A DNA stretch of 64,000 nucleotides, taken from assembly GCA_028534125.1 (NCBI GenBank), contig CM052816.1:62126001-62190000 (forward strand). The letters are read 5' to 3'. Both the position numbers and the translations under genes were made by a program. The notes under the pieces are model-generated. The model made no database searches and was not told where the DNA came from. It saw only the letters and a program-made list of their open reading frames with translations. Shown here piece after piece: positions 26,141 to 40,178 of this stretch; within the stretch, counting starts at the first letter, position 1; every line of letters begins with the position of its first letter. Source of the stretch: Lama glama. Taxonomy: Eukaryota.

Positions 26141-28979
26141 TGGCAGGAAGTAGTGAATCAGGAGTGTCTAAAGCATCACCTTTTTGGCATTTCTAGAAAG
26201 GGAGCGTTATTGAAAAGTTTTCTTTTTTTAAGTCCTCAAAGTCTACCTGTTGTACAGAAATACCAAAGACTTAGTTTTTGCCACAGAAACTAAAACTCGG
26301 GACTTAAAATTAGTGATTGAAGACTATGGCTTAAAGGCATCTGTCCTTCCCTTTTCTCTGTTCTTTACAGGAAGGGTAGAGAGGGTACCCTTTTCTCTGC
26401 CCTCCACACCCTCCACATTTGTCTGAGCACAGATGCCCTGGGAACAGCCCTCTCCCTGCGCCACTCTGGCAGCTCTAACAGAGCTGTCATTTTCTTTCAT
26501 GACCCTGCTTCCCTAGACATAGTCATTGCTTGAGGTGGACACCAAACTTCATCGGATTCATCACAGCACCCACCTCTTGCCCACAAGCGATGAGCCTAGA
26601 GATAGGAGCAAATATGTTCCTTCTCTGGGACTTTTTGTTTTCCTTCACTTTCTCTCCAAGTGGAAGGAGCTGGTCTTGAGTGAGGGGATGAACAGTCACA
26701 GAGATGACAAACAGAGGCTCCTCATGGTGTTTAAGTTCTGGACTCCGCTATTATGCAAGTTACTCCTGAAAGGACTGGAACCTCCCTATCCTTCCTACGT
26801 CTGATTGCAACACTGTCATGGAGTTCTTATCCTCAGAGAGTGCGATTAATTCTCTTTTTGGCCTGAGCTACTTCAGCATTGATTTCTGTCACCTGTAACT
26901 AAAAGAATCTTGTCTAATATAGAGTAAAATATTTCTGTCTTTGCCGTTACTACTGCAAGGAAGCTCCCCAAACATCTCTCCATCTGGCTAAATAGTCAAT
27001 ACACAAACTCTAGATGATGTGGTCATGTTCCATCAGGAGATGTCTTTCCCCACATAAACTACGTGTGTCCACAGATTGTCTCCTCCCCCATTTCACTTGT
27101 TCAGAGGATGACTCTGTGAAAAGTTCTTGTCGTTACCCGACTTACGGCTCTAACGTGATGACTGTTTTCAATGTGTCTTTCTGACGTGTGTTGACTCTCC
27201 TCAGCAGCCTTGTACTTTTACATTAATGTGTCTTGTGCAAAGTAAAGAGGATGGAGAATCCTTCGCTTAGAGTTCTAGCAGTTTTTGAGTGTTTGACCGT
27301 ACTTGAGTGGACTCTATACATTTAAGACATGCTCTATTGAAAGAGTTATGTGTTTTCCTATGTATATCATATGTCTTCTAAACATTTTCCACTTAACTCT
27401 TATGAAATTTCCATGTAGTACCATTTGTAAAATGGGGACACGCCTCCTGCTGTGGTTCAAAAGGCCAGAAATACAACATTAATAGGCGTTCTTCCGCATG
27501 GAAGAAAATGTCTGGAATGAGGTAGAGGAGTTCTCTTCCAACATTTGCTTCACATTTGGATGAGGCCAAAAGGGGGTGACGCGTGTGTAACTGACAATTG
27601 TCATATACGCTTAGTAACTTTGTATTTATTTATTCATTCATTGTTGTGATGAAAATATAGTGCCATAAAATGCTGACAAATTCTAGACACAGAATTCAGA
27701 TTGTTCAATTCATGGTGCTGGAAGGGACATGGAAATTGGATACAAAAGAAATTGTGTATGTTTCCTCTTATTGGTAAATAAGTGATGCTCACATGGGAAG
27801 TAGAGAGTAAACAGCAGGCCTAAGACGCCCGCCCTCCTCACTAGGGGAAAATGAATGGCCTCAAGCAGAGCTCCTTATAAACATGCTAATGGTATTTTTT
27901 AGTGGAAAGATACCCGAGAGTCCCTGTCTAAAATACTAATGCTTTTTGGCATCATAGACCTGGTCTGTCTAGACTGTGTATTATAAATAAACTGGCAGTT
28001 TATGGCTTTATGGGGCATGGCTGCTTGGAGACTGGAAGGTAGTCATGTACACATTTTCTATCTGTCTAGCTAAAGGAGTATAAAAGTGGGAACCCCCATA
28101 TCAAAATGATCTGTGTGAGAACAATATGTTCACGTAAATTGTTCAGAACTCAGTGGTTAATGTGAAACCAAAACACGTTGTAATGCAGGAAAAAGGGACA
28201 GTTTTGGGAAGCTGTGTCTGATGGACTCAGGCTTCTCCAGAAAGGAATAGGCATCATCTGTGATGGGTTCTTGTTAGTATCCTTTGTGTCATTTGCAAGG
28301 TTGGTACTGAGTAAGATGTGTGGTACTCGTGAGTCTGTTCTGACCTTTTGGCTCTTGGCTAACAAACCATGTAACATAAGAAATAAGAAGCTGATGAGTG
28401 TGGGCTATCAGAAAAGAGGAAGAGTACAGATTACTTATAAAAATAGTGCTGTGAAAATGTTTTGATATTTAGAAATAAAGGGATTCCTTCCTTGGATTAC
28501 ATACTAGAACAAAAATAAAAAGGAAAACCCATAAAAAAAAGAATGAAATAGAAAATGTATGAAGTACTTCTGATTTTGTTTTAGGGAAGCTCTTTCTAGG
28601 CAAAAATAAACCCACAAATAAATAAAAGATGAACTAGCAGAAATGATAAACAAAGAGCAGGCTGAGGAAATGTATTTGCACTGCATCTGACAAAGGTAGA
28701 TTTAGTATATTAAGAATTAAAAATCACTGAAAAAAATTAATACCACCATAGGAAATGGGCAAAGGTGATGAACGAGTAATTGCCAAATGCAAAAAGATAG
28801 AGTGTCAATGAACGTGAGTACAACCACATTACTTATCAAGAAAACTCAAATGAAAAAATGAGATGCTATTCTCCATTATGCTGACCACGCTTAAGAATGT
28901 TACCATCTGATGATGATGACCAGGATCCCAGAGCACAGATGCTCTCGTATGCACTGCTGGTGGGGAGGGAAGGTGGCAG

Positions 28980-29412
28980 CTGTGGAGGACAGAACTTGCT
29001 GTGCGGAGTGCAGTGAGCTCACGGCCTCTCGCTGCTGCACCTTTGGGATCCACCCAGGCGTTCACGCCAATGCCACATTCTGCAGAGCTCCCAGCCAGTG
29101 ACTGAGCAGGGTGGGCCACTAGACCCCAGCCACTTCTGCCCAATGTAGGACTCCTCTAGCAGGTCGTCTTTGCTCAGAGGCTGCTCATTGGCCTGGCTGA
29201 GACTTTTTCAGCACTGCACTGCAATTGGAGGCTCTGCTGACCCATTCCTCCTTCCCTCTCACTCTTCTTTCACAGGTGTCAGTCCTGCTGAGAGCTTTCC
29301 CTTCGTACTCCTGTTCCCTCACCCGTAATCCTTCACAAATGTTTCTCCCAATAAATATCTTGCATTTCTAACTTCATCTTAGTGTCTGCTTCCCAGACAC
29401 CTGAACTGAAGA
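28980..29412 (+). mobile_element. ERVL LTR (LTR16-like) inside an old L1 fragment (~28670-29700)
   Basis: ttctgcccaatgtaggactcctc...aataaatatcttgca...gtctgcttcccagacacctgaac. Confidence 0.75.
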
Positions 29413-30019
29413 AAATCAGTAAGTATAATCTTTCTGGAAGTCAACACAAGAATACTCTTTGACCTTCATTTCACTTCTAGAAATTAACACTAAGGAAATC
29501 AACAGATATGCTTATAAATTTTATGTAGGATTATCTAACAGTATTGTTTATAATCGAAAAAAGTAAAAATAAACTAATCATAAAGGATTGGATACATTGT
29601 TATATCCTATAAAGTAAAACAATATAGATGGTTTCAGTTTTAAAGATATGGAATGTTATTGTACTTATTAGTGAAAAAAATGTTTACAAGTGGTATATAA
29701 AATCTTATTAATATATATGAAGACAAAAGAACAAAGTATATATCCAAGGATGTAATTTTAATTTTCTTCTTTGTGCTTTTTCCTATAATTTCTAAATTTT
29801 CTACAATGAACACATTATCTTATGGTAAAAAATACATCTTATTTAACTTGTACCAATACAGGCATTTAAAAAACAGGTGGGAAAATATATCAAAATATAA
29901 TTAGTGGTTATTCTTTGAGTGATGATGTTATAAGTAATTTTATGTCTTCTTACTCTCGTGAATTTTTCAAGTTTTCTGAAATTAAAAATAATGTTAATTA
30001 AAATTAGATTTCACTGATT

Positions 30020-31340
30020 TTTTAAAGCAATGCATATCAATTTAAAATGGTGCTTGAACAATTGGACTTCTGCATTTAAAAATATAAACTCAGCCTACTT
30101 ATATTTTGTACAAAGATTAGCTCAAAATAGATCACAGACCCATATATAAAGCATAAAAAAAATTTTTAAAGAAAACGAAAGAAAGTCCTTTTGAGTCCTT
30201 TATTGTCGTGAGTTAAAGAATGAGGTCTTAAACAAGACACCAAAAGCATGCTTCATAAAAGAAAAACTGATAAACGGAAGTTCATCAAAAATTTTTTTAA
30301 ATTGGTCTGTGAAAGACACTGTTAAGAAATTGAAAATACAAACCTCAGACTGAGAAAAATATTTTGCAAATTACACATCTGACAAAGGACTCATATTCAG
30401 AAAATACAAAGAACTCTAAAAACTTGACTGTTGGGACACAAATAACCCAACAAAAAATAAGCAAAACACTTAACCAGACACTTCACTGAAGATATGTGGA
30501 TAGCAAATAAAGCATAAAAAAAAGATGCTCAATATCATTAGTCATTAGGGAAATTCAAATTACAAGCACTAGATACCTCTGTATACTTTAAGAATGGCTA
30601 AAACAAACAAAAACTAACAATACTAAGACAAGGATGCAGAGAAACTTTAAGTCTTACACATGCTGGGTGGAATGCAAAATGGTACGTCACTTAGGAAAAC
30701 AGTTTGGCAGTTTCTTATAAAATTAAATACCTAATACATAATTGCCAAATGACCCAGGCATTCCACTCCTTTGGTATAAATGAAATGTATGGAAGTAAAT
30801 GAAATAAGTAAATGAAAATTATATTCACACAAGAACCTATATATGAATTCTTGCAGCAGTTTTATTCAAAATCACCCAAACTGGAAATAACCCAAAAGTC
30901 CTTCGTTTGGTGAATGAATAAACAAACAGTGGCATATCTGTATGATGGAATGCTACTGAGCAACAAAAAGGAATGAATGTTGAACAACATGAATGAAACT
31001 TGAGTAGAATCAAGTAGAATTTTAAGGAGAACAGATAAGTGAAGGAAGCCAGAGTTAAAAGGCTACCTGCTATATGATTCCGTTTGTATGACATTCGACA
31101 AAGGCAAAATCAGAGGCATGAAGACCAGATCAACGTGTTCCCGGGGCTGGGGATTCCCAGAGGGACTGACCACAAAGGGCAGTGTGAGAGAATGCTTTGC
31201 GGGGATGAAACTCTTCTGTATCTTGATGTTGGTGGTGCTTACACAATGCCATGCATTTGTCAAAACTTACAGAAATGTACAACAAAAAAGTAAAATTTAT
31301 TCTATGTAAGTCAAAGAAATGTTTAAAAGATAAAAATAAA
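30020..31340 (+). mobile_element. L1M ORF2 3' end and 3'UTR
   Basis: atatttgcaaattacacatctgacaaaggactc...agatgctcaatatcattagtcattagggaaat...atgattccgtttgtatgacattc; A-rich end. Confidence 0.88.
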
Positions 31341-33999
31341 GTAGGAACACTAAAAGGAAAAAGGTTGGAAAATGTTGATGGTTGAAGCTGAAAAAATGGT
31401 TTTCAATCAGAACTTTGATATAATATTAATTAAAATTACCTCTCTATATGGTTTAGGTTAAGTGGATAAAATAATGCATATCTCATGCATAAACTTTTGA
31501 AATTCATAAATCCACAAGAAAACATATTAAAGTGAGGGGAAGAGGAGCTTTAATAATTAATTGCTTGAGACAGTTACACCCAAGACTGATTTCTCTCCTC
31601 TTCCTTTCCTCTCTTTCCCACTCTTCCCACGCGGCTGCCTTCAGGCATTTAACACTGAATCAAATTTTCATGTGGGTCTTCACGTTCCAGGCTTTAAACA
31701 GTATATCAGAAAGCTTAGAGAGCAGTTTGACGAACCAGGGAGAGATAGTCTTCATATGATCATCTCTCTTATGGGTTCTTGATACAAGTCAAGAGCCTAA
31801 CACTGAAATATTTCTGTGAAAGAATTTCCATCATAATTTAGAGCAAAGTGGTCTGTGATATAGCTTTCTGGGGCTCTGACTTGATCCAGGGATAGAAATG
31901 AGAGAAACTCACGGCTGAAATATTCCTAGAATATCTCTCTTGAATATAAATGATTTAGCCAAGTTTCTACGGAGAAGTAAAGCTCGGAGACTCCAAAATG
32001 AACACCCCTAGCAGGTACAGTAGACCCTCTCCTACCCAGTGTCACTGACACTGGTAATTGGGTGGTTAGTAAGTCAGCTGTGACTGTATCTGTATCTTAC
32101 ACTGTTATTTTAAGCTGAGACATAATTTTACCCTCATCCACCAGTTTTCTGATGAAAGGCTAAGTCTTCTCTTTGAATGTGGATCCATTGACTGGGGTTC
32201 CCTCATCTGCCAAAAAAAGCCCCACACCCATAATGCATCATGTCCAATTTCCAGTTTCAATTTCTGTAAAGTGCAGCAAGAACTTAAAGACACTTGTGAT
32301 ACACACCAAGTGCAGAATCCTCCTAAAATTTTATGATTATGGTTTGTAGCCTTTTATAGTTATCTTGTGCACACCTAATTTGATAGTAATTTTTCTCTTA
32401 GCAGCTCACTTTTATGGTCACTTTCTTAAGTATTCAGCCACTTCATTTTTATACTAATGGCTCTATTTTTGCTCTTCCTATCTCATCAGATTACCTAGTC
32501 AAAACTACAGCATAAACATAGGCATGCTTGGAAAACAGCATAACTCAAGCATAGAAAATAAGCATAGAACGCAAGCGGTAGGGCAGAAGTCCATGGCACG
32601 AATTAGAAGATGCTTGCTAACCCGGGCAGTTGTAGGTTTTATGGAGGAAGTGAGAGCTTCCCTTAATCCAGGGACTCAAGGAAGTGAAGGTCAGTTAAAA
32701 GAATACCTATAGTAGCTGAAATGTAGATATTCTGTGTTGTTGACTGACAGACGACACGTATGCTTCATATACATTTTGTTTTGAAAAGTAAAGTATGTGA
32801 TATGTATTCCTTGCCTTGATGAGAAATCACCATCCACACCAGACCCACGCCCCCCACCCCCGCCCCTCAAACAAAGAAAAGTTGCAGGAATAAGTGCAAA
32901 TAGCACTAGGATTTTCACATGACTACTATTACCACTACTACAACACGTAGATGAATTTTTAAAAATTTTGAATATAAGTGGCAATGAACACCAGAAGAAA
33001 CATAATCACCCTGGTTACACAATTTCTTTTTCTCCATGTCCTGCCCCCGCCCCCTCCCCTCCCACCCAGCATAGCTGATGCTCACAAGGTCCCTCTCAGA
33101 ATTTTCTTATTTCTCCACTTCCTCACCATGATCATCACTTCTCGCTCCCAGTGGAGGCTGGCCCACAGAAATCAGAAACATCTTGCTTTTACTGCTGCGA
33201 CTACAGGCTTCTGTCTTCAAACGCAGCCCTGTTCCAAGGTTATGCGCCGTTTGGGGGCTGTTCCTTGCTATTTAATGAGGATAATACCAACCCAAAGAGA
33301 CTTCTGGACTCCAGTTCTGAAATCCCTGCTATGCAGGGCAAGACTGTTTTGACTTTGGGAGTTAAAAATAATCTCTTTCTGCAGAATAGAGGCTTAAATT
33401 GGCACCTCCATGGTAATTTTTCAGTCATGACTGCACCCCAAAACCTTGTCTATATGAACACTCAAGGCAACTAAGTCTCTGAGTCTTTTTGTGTGTGTTA
33501 CCCATTTTGATTCCCAAGACTCTCTTCCAAAAGACTAGATTTTTGCCTTTTAAAAAACTGACATTAAACTGTTCCACTGACAGTTACTGGCCATGCACAT
33601 CCAGCTGCTGCTTGTAGCCACCACCTAAAAGATGCTGGCAGGACCATTTAATCTCCGAAAAGGAAGATCTGCATCGTCCTGTCTGCTAGAGAAGGAGGAT
33701 AAAAAAGTCTAGTTCAGTTCAAAATTCTAAAGGGGAATGAATAGGGATTTGAGGAAGTCTTACTGTATGCAGTTTAATAGCAAAGCTGTGTTAGGTAGCC
33801 TTTTCATCATTTAATAATCAAATTTTATTTACAGCTTTTTAAGCTGACTGTGTATTTTGCTCTTTGATTATGATGATGATTAGCTGGAGAGGTGAGCCTG
33901 GTAGGAAGCATCCTTCCAGAAGTTATTCATACTTGGGGTGAGAGCAGAGCCAGTCCTCCCCCAAGCATTTGTTCAAGTTTCTTGCAGCCATTACACCAA

Positions 34000-35480
34000 C
34001 TAGGGGATGCACTGTATATGTGACATTCAAACTGGGATCGGGCATCTGATGCCCCGCAAAACCCACTGGTCCCTCCCTCCATCCTCCTCTTGCCAACATT
34101 TCAGCAGCATTTGGCACAACCACCACACACTCCATCCTCCCATCTAGGGCCCTACAACCCTCCCTTCCTGGCTCCTCCTCAGCCTTTGCTGGAGCTCTCC
34201 TTTCTTCCTAAACTTGCTCAGTCCTTAGCTCCTTCCTGTTGTCTATCTACATTATCTCCCTGAATGAACTCATCCAGTCCCTAAGTTTTAAATACCACCT
34301 CCATGCCAGTGACTTCCAAATTTAAATTTACAGCCCTGACCTTTTCTCTGAGCTCCAGACTAATCCTAATGGGCATCCTAATGGACATTAGCGTCTAATG
34401 GATATTAATGGATGCCTAAAGGAATCTCAAAGTTATTATGTTCAAACAGAGCTTTCTATTTTGCTCTCTCCTCCCCCACAGTGCACCTCACTTAGACCTC
34501 CCTGTTTCATGACGTGGTGCTACCATCCGGTCAGCTGCTCAGGCCAAAAACAAAGGACTCATTTTGGGGATTTTTACTGAAGTGTAGTCAATTTCTGGTG
34601 TACAGAAATAATAGTTCAGTCATACGCATACATGCATATATTCGTTTTCATATTCTTTTTCATTACTACGAGATATTGAATATAGTTTCCTGTGCTATAT
34701 ACCATATGATATCACATATATGTGGAACCAAAAAAAAAAAGACAGGACTCATTTTTGATTCTTCCCTTTCCCTCATCCACCACTCCCTCCTCACCCCCTC
34801 CAAACCCTCACTCCGCCTGGAAGTCCTGGCCTCACCTCTAAAACCATACTTCTCAAGTAAGCCACGACCACCTGAGTGACCGATTCCTCTCTTGCCCTCT
34901 CCAGACTTTCCCCACATATTAAAAAAACATAATTCTCATCCTCCAATGGCTTTTCACTGCAATTTGAATCAAATCCACTCTTCCCTGTGACCGAGCAAGG
35001 CCCTGCTGAGCTAGCTGTTAACTCTCTCCTTGACCTTATCTTGTCCACCCTCTCTCCCCTCTCCGGTCTGTCAGGTTCTGGAACTTGCCAAGTCTGTTTC
35101 CGCCTCAGGGTCTTGGCAATTGTTCCTTCTTCTGTCTTGAATGTCCTGCCCCAGATCTTCACAGGGCTAGTTCCTCTTACCACGCAGGTCTCACCTCAGA
35201 TGTCACCCCCTTAGAGAGGACTTCCCTGGCCGCCCAAACCTTTGCCTGGCCCTGGATGTGACATATTTGTTGTCACATTAAAAAATAAGTATTATTATTG
35301 TAGTCTTTGCACACATACCACGTTTGTCATTATCTTGTTTGTCTTCTTACTTATCCTGTGTCTCTTCTAGCAGATATAAATTCTGTGAGGGTGTATCACA
35401 TCTGCTTTATTTTCTGGGGTATCCCCAGTGCCTGGCACATAGTAGGTGTTCAAGAAATCTTTGTTGAAAGAGTAACTAAC
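34000..35480 (+). mobile_element. L2 fragment to its 3' end, interrupted by a small L1 insertion
   Basis: tcatccagtccc...ctctgagctccagact...cagtgcctggcacatagtaggtgttcaagaaatctttgttgaa. Confidence 0.82.
34566..34743 (-). mobile_element. Short lineage-specific L1 3' end with inverted 5' piece and 12-bp TSD
   Basis: TSD aggactcatttt at 34554-34565 and 34744-34755; both parts match the L1 copy at 39544-40178. Confidence 0.8.
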
Positions 35481-35700
35481 TCAGAAATAGGCATGAGAAG
35501 AAAAGACTGGAGTAATCTCTGATGTTTACTTGGAACCCAGTTTTATTTCAATATGTCTAATCACAAAGAGGCATAAGGCTTTGAATGGCTGTGAAATTGC
35601 TCTTAAAATCCAGGTCTCTTGAAGGCATAGAAGTTCATTTAGGAAAGAAAAAATATCAGATGATCTTTATATTTAGTTCCTTACCCTGCCACTTTCAAGG

Positions 35701-35862
35701 ACAGTGGTTCTCAGCTTTGGTTGTCACTGGGATCATCTGGTGGGCTTGGGCCACACTCACTCTGAGAGATGCTGATGTAACTGATGGGGGCTGCAGCCTC
35801 CGCGGCAGTAGTTCTTAAATCTTCCTGGGTGACTCTAATATGCAACCAAAGTTGAGAATCCT
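35701..35862. mobile_element. MER5-like MITE
   Basis: cagtggttctca...ggtgactctaatatgcaaccaaagttgagaatc. Confidence 0.7.
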
Positions 35863-36054
35863 TGTTTGAGAGGCTATTTTTGGACCTCATGAAATATGGT
35901 TTCCAAAGCCCATGAAATCTGGAATTTGCCTTAGAACTGAGTTGTAGAGGTTTCCACAGCTTCTTATTCATGAATACAAACAGGGTGGGACATGTCTACT
36001 TTATCTTGGCTGAGTTTCAGGATCACCAACCACATCGGTCTCTCTAAAGCTGGG

Positions 36055-36400
36055 AAGGCAACAAAAAAGCTGATGACATTTCAGAAGCAGTAAGAAGAGA
36101 ACTGAATGCAGGTGAGAAGTGACATGCCACTCAAGAGGCAAGGATCGACGGGGCTACGTGTGTGGTTCAACAGAGAAACTGGTGTGATCATCTCCTGAAC
36201 CATATCAGTCGAAGAGTGCTCGGGGATGACATCCAAGGGGATGCTTGGGCAGGAGAAGAGATTAAGCGGTAACAGCAGCTTTGTGTTAGCGGCATCTTGA
36301 AAATGAAAGCACAAGAGCAGCAGTCCAGATTTCAGTCAGTATGTGTACAGGATGAAGCTGTGAGGCAAGAGATTCCGCAACCCAAGAGCAGCACTGTAGC
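36055..36400 (+). mobile_element. CR1/L3 3' remnant (partly duplicated across the gap)
   Basis: caaaaaagctgatg..., gaaccatatca...ggggatgcttgggcaggagaagaga resemble the L3 ORF2 3' region. Confidence 0.45.
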
Positions 36401-36481
36401 TGGGGGGAGTCTGGTAACACTGGTGACTCAGGCTGCAGCGTGGGCTGTCTCAGCAGCCAGTGTAGACAAGCCCCCCCCCCC

Positions 36482-36981
36482 NNNNNNNNNNNNNNNNNNN
36501 NNNNNNNNNNNNNNNNNNNNNNNNNNNNNNNNNNNNNNNNNNNNNNNNNNNNNNNNNNNNNNNNNNNNNNNNNNNNNNNNNNNNNNNNNNNNNNNNNNNN
36601 NNNNNNNNNNNNNNNNNNNNNNNNNNNNNNNNNNNNNNNNNNNNNNNNNNNNNNNNNNNNNNNNNNNNNNNNNNNNNNNNNNNNNNNNNNNNNNNNNNNN
36701 NNNNNNNNNNNNNNNNNNNNNNNNNNNNNNNNNNNNNNNNNNNNNNNNNNNNNNNNNNNNNNNNNNNNNNNNNNNNNNNNNNNNNNNNNNNNNNNNNNNN
36801 NNNNNNNNNNNNNNNNNNNNNNNNNNNNNNNNNNNNNNNNNNNNNNNNNNNNNNNNNNNNNNNNNNNNNNNNNNNNNNNNNNNNNNNNNNNNNNNNNNNN
36901 NNNNNNNNNNNNNNNNNNNNNNNNNNNNNNNNNNNNNNNNNNNNNNNNNNNNNNNNNNNNNNNNNNNNNNNNNNNNNNNNN
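36482..36981. other. Assembly gap (500 N)
   Basis: Run of N starting right after a C11 tract. Confidence 1.
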
Positions 36982-39344
36982 GTGTTAGCGGCATCTTGAA
37001 AATGAAAGCACAAGAGCAGCAGTCCAGATTTCAGTCAGTATGTGTACAGGATGAAGCTGTGAGGCAAGAGATTCCGCAACCCAAGAGCAGCACTGTAGCT
37101 GGGGGGAGTCTGGTAACACTGGTGACTCAGGCTGCAGCGTGGGCTGTCTCAGCAGCCAGTGTAGACAAGCCCCCCCCCCCTCCGGCTACCCAAATGGACC
37201 AGAGCAGAATGGCATGGTGAGGGAGTGTGCGAGTCACGGGGAGCACCAGCCTCCCCGAAGAATGTCGGATGTGGACTATAGGTAAGACTAGTCCCTGGGG
37301 GACTGAGAAACTTCGTTTCACTATTTACAGTGAAATTTATAGACGTATTCGAGCAGCTGATGTGTTTACTTTCTCTGTGAAGTTGGAAGCTAGATCATCA
37401 TTCTTTTCCCTCATTGTTTTCAAATGAAAATGGTCTTCCAAATACTTAGAAAAGCAAATATCGATGCTTTAACATTCAGCTTCTGGAAATAAAAGGTTAT
37501 TATCTCGACACTTGAAAAGGTGTTTCCACAATTTCTCGTAGGAGTAACCGCTCTTGATAAAGCCCATTCGGCCCCTCTGCTTTACAGAAGAAGCCTCATC
37601 ATTTTATGGAGCGCTTTCTGTTTGAGTTTATGAAAACAGACCCTGAGCTGATACAACCCAGGTTCAGCTTCAGGGGGAAAAAGGATATTATAACAAATTG
37701 TGGTGGTGCTTTCACTGTTTAGAAAAAGATTAAAACAATGATAACAGTAAGTCACTGTACAGCTCTTCCCGTTGATGGCTCCAGCTTGCAGTTTATTATT
37801 GAAATTAGCTCGACTTTAAGTATAGACTTGTCTTTGATGAGCGCTCACCTTTTAACTTTTCTGAAAGGCAGTAAGCAGGGCAAAAAGATTTATGAAGCAA
37901 AATCTTTCAATACCTAAGATTATCTCTAAAAATAGTACTTACAGGTTAGGAATTTTTAGTCTTTAGTTGTGCATGTATGCATGTTGCAAAAAAAAGGGCA
38001 AAACCTAGCAGGTAGGAAACTAGAGGGCAGAGCAGGAGGTGAATTTCCAAGACGATGAACATTTTTAACACTGTCTAAACATATTAGTCTCTGTTACTCC
38101 CATGTTTTCACTGCAGGGGTCCTCTAAATCACCTAAATCTGCTGTGTGGTTTGAAAAATGAGATTACCTCTAATTCTTGCTTTGCATCATACTTAAGACC
38201 AGGGGACTCAACTTTATACATGCAAGGAGAGGCCCACCACACACATGAACAAACCAGATTTTTTTTTCAGGATCTATGAATTTTTATCTTTGTGATCCCA
38301 GAACCGGGTACTGGAACCTTCACTGTGTTGCACACAGAAAATTGAATGATGAGTGTAGGTGGAATGAATGAAGGAAGAGAGAGGGCGTTTCCAGACTCTG
38401 GCTTAGAGCAGCTGTGACCCTATTGCATGGGGTGACTCTTCACGTACTGCAGCTGGATTGGAAAGCTAAGGAGAGCATCCCTAAGTCTGCAGACCTCTGA
38501 ACCTGGGAGATGGTAAATAACACATTTTCTGAGTGCTGAGTTTTGGTTCCTTCTCATTTTGCAAATTGATGTTGCCCATGGCTTTGAGTCATTAACCATA
38601 GATTTTTTTTAAATTAACAGAATAAATAAAGACATTTTTCTTTTTAGAATAGCTTGTAATTTTCCTTAGACACCTCTCATGAGGTTTTTCCTAACACTGC
38701 AGGAAAACAGAAAAATATAGTTACATATTTTTAAACCATTGTTGTTCTCCAAGAGACATTTGTAATTTTCTTTGGCCCTCCAACATTCAGCCCTTCTTGT
38801 TGGGAGATTCCGCATTATCAGTGGTGCTGAGGGGGTCACAATGTCCCGCTTCCCATTACGGAAGCTGAAAGGAGCCACTCTTCCTTTCCTCCCTGCAGCC
38901 AGGATGCTGCCCAGGACCAGGTGCACAGTCCTACCAGGGTTTGAAGCAGCGTGTGTGAGCCAAGAGGAAGGGTTGGTTAGGACTCATCTGGGGCAGCAGC
39001 ATCCATCAGTGGCATTGGCAAGGGCAATATCCTGGCCAGCCCGTTTCTGCTGTGTAACCTTGATTCATGTCCCTTTTCTAAGCCCTCCCTTAACGCTCCA
39101 CCATTTGATTGTATGATCCTCACCTAACCTTCCAAAATATCCTCCTATTTGCATAAGCTATCTAGAGCAAGCTGCTCTTGTTTGCAAAAACAAAACAAAA
39201 CAAAACCTTAATACATCTCCTCGATTACTGATCAATAACAGAGCAGTTATAAAAAAAATAAAGGGGAAAGCAAAAATTTATAAATTATCAAATAAATTTG
39301 AACCACATTCAGGTATTATTTGTGTTCTTCCAGTTGTGGCACAG

Positions 39345-39543
39345 GGGAAAGTCCAGTGTTCTTTGAATCAAGAGGTCATGAGTTCAAGTGCTGACCTTGC
39401 CATTTATTGACTATGTGACCTTAGGCAAAACAAACTCTGTGTGTCTCCGTTTCCTCACCTATAGTGTAAAAATAAAAATATCACACAGGTATGATCTAAG
39501 GATAATATAAGGTTATTTTTATCATTAAGCACTTTTGAATCTT
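39345..39543 (+). mobile_element. MIR
   Basis: tgccatttattgactatgtgaccttaggcaa...gtttcctcacctata. Confidence 0.72.
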
Positions 39544-40178
39544 TGTTTTAAAATTGAAGTATAGTCGGTTTACAATGTTATGTTAGTTTCTGGTGTAAAA
39601 CAGTGATCCAGTTATGTATATATTCCTTTTCATATTTTTTCATTATAGGCTATCATAAGATATTGAATATAGTTCCCTGTGCTATACAGCAGGACCCTGT
39701 TTTTTTATCTATTAATAGTAGTTAGTCTCTGTAAATCCCAAACTCCCAGTTTATATCTTCCTACCCCCTTTCCCTCCTGGTAATCATAAGTTTGTTTTCC
39801 ATGTTTGTGAGTCTGTTTCTGTTTTGTAATAAGTTCATTGTGCCATGTTTTTAGATCCCACATATAAGTGATATCATATGGTATTTTTCTTTCTCTTTCT
39901 GGCTTACTTCACTTTGTATGATGATCTCCAGGTCCATCCATGTTGCTATAAATGGCATTCTTTTGTTCTTTTTATGGCTGAGTAGTATTCCATCATGATC
40001 TATATCTATATCTATATCTACATCTACATCTATATCTCCACAACTTCCTTATCCAGTCATCTGTCTATGGACATTTAGGTTGCTTCCATGTCTTGTCTGT
40101 TGTCAGTAGTGCTGCTGTGAACATTGGGGTGCATGTATCTTTTTGAATTAGAGTTCCCTCCAGACAGATGCCCAGGAG
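39544..40178 (-). mobile_element. Lineage-specific L1 3' end (5' truncated) with 17-bp TSD
   Basis: TSD aagcacttttgaatctt (39527-39543) / aagcacttttaaatctt (40179-40195), followed by AAA (endonuclease-like site); internal (TCTATA)n at ~39999-40038. Confidence 0.9.

Noticed and set aside
36297..37220. Long ORFs spanning the N run
   Set aside because: Artefacts of the gap and the duplicated flank
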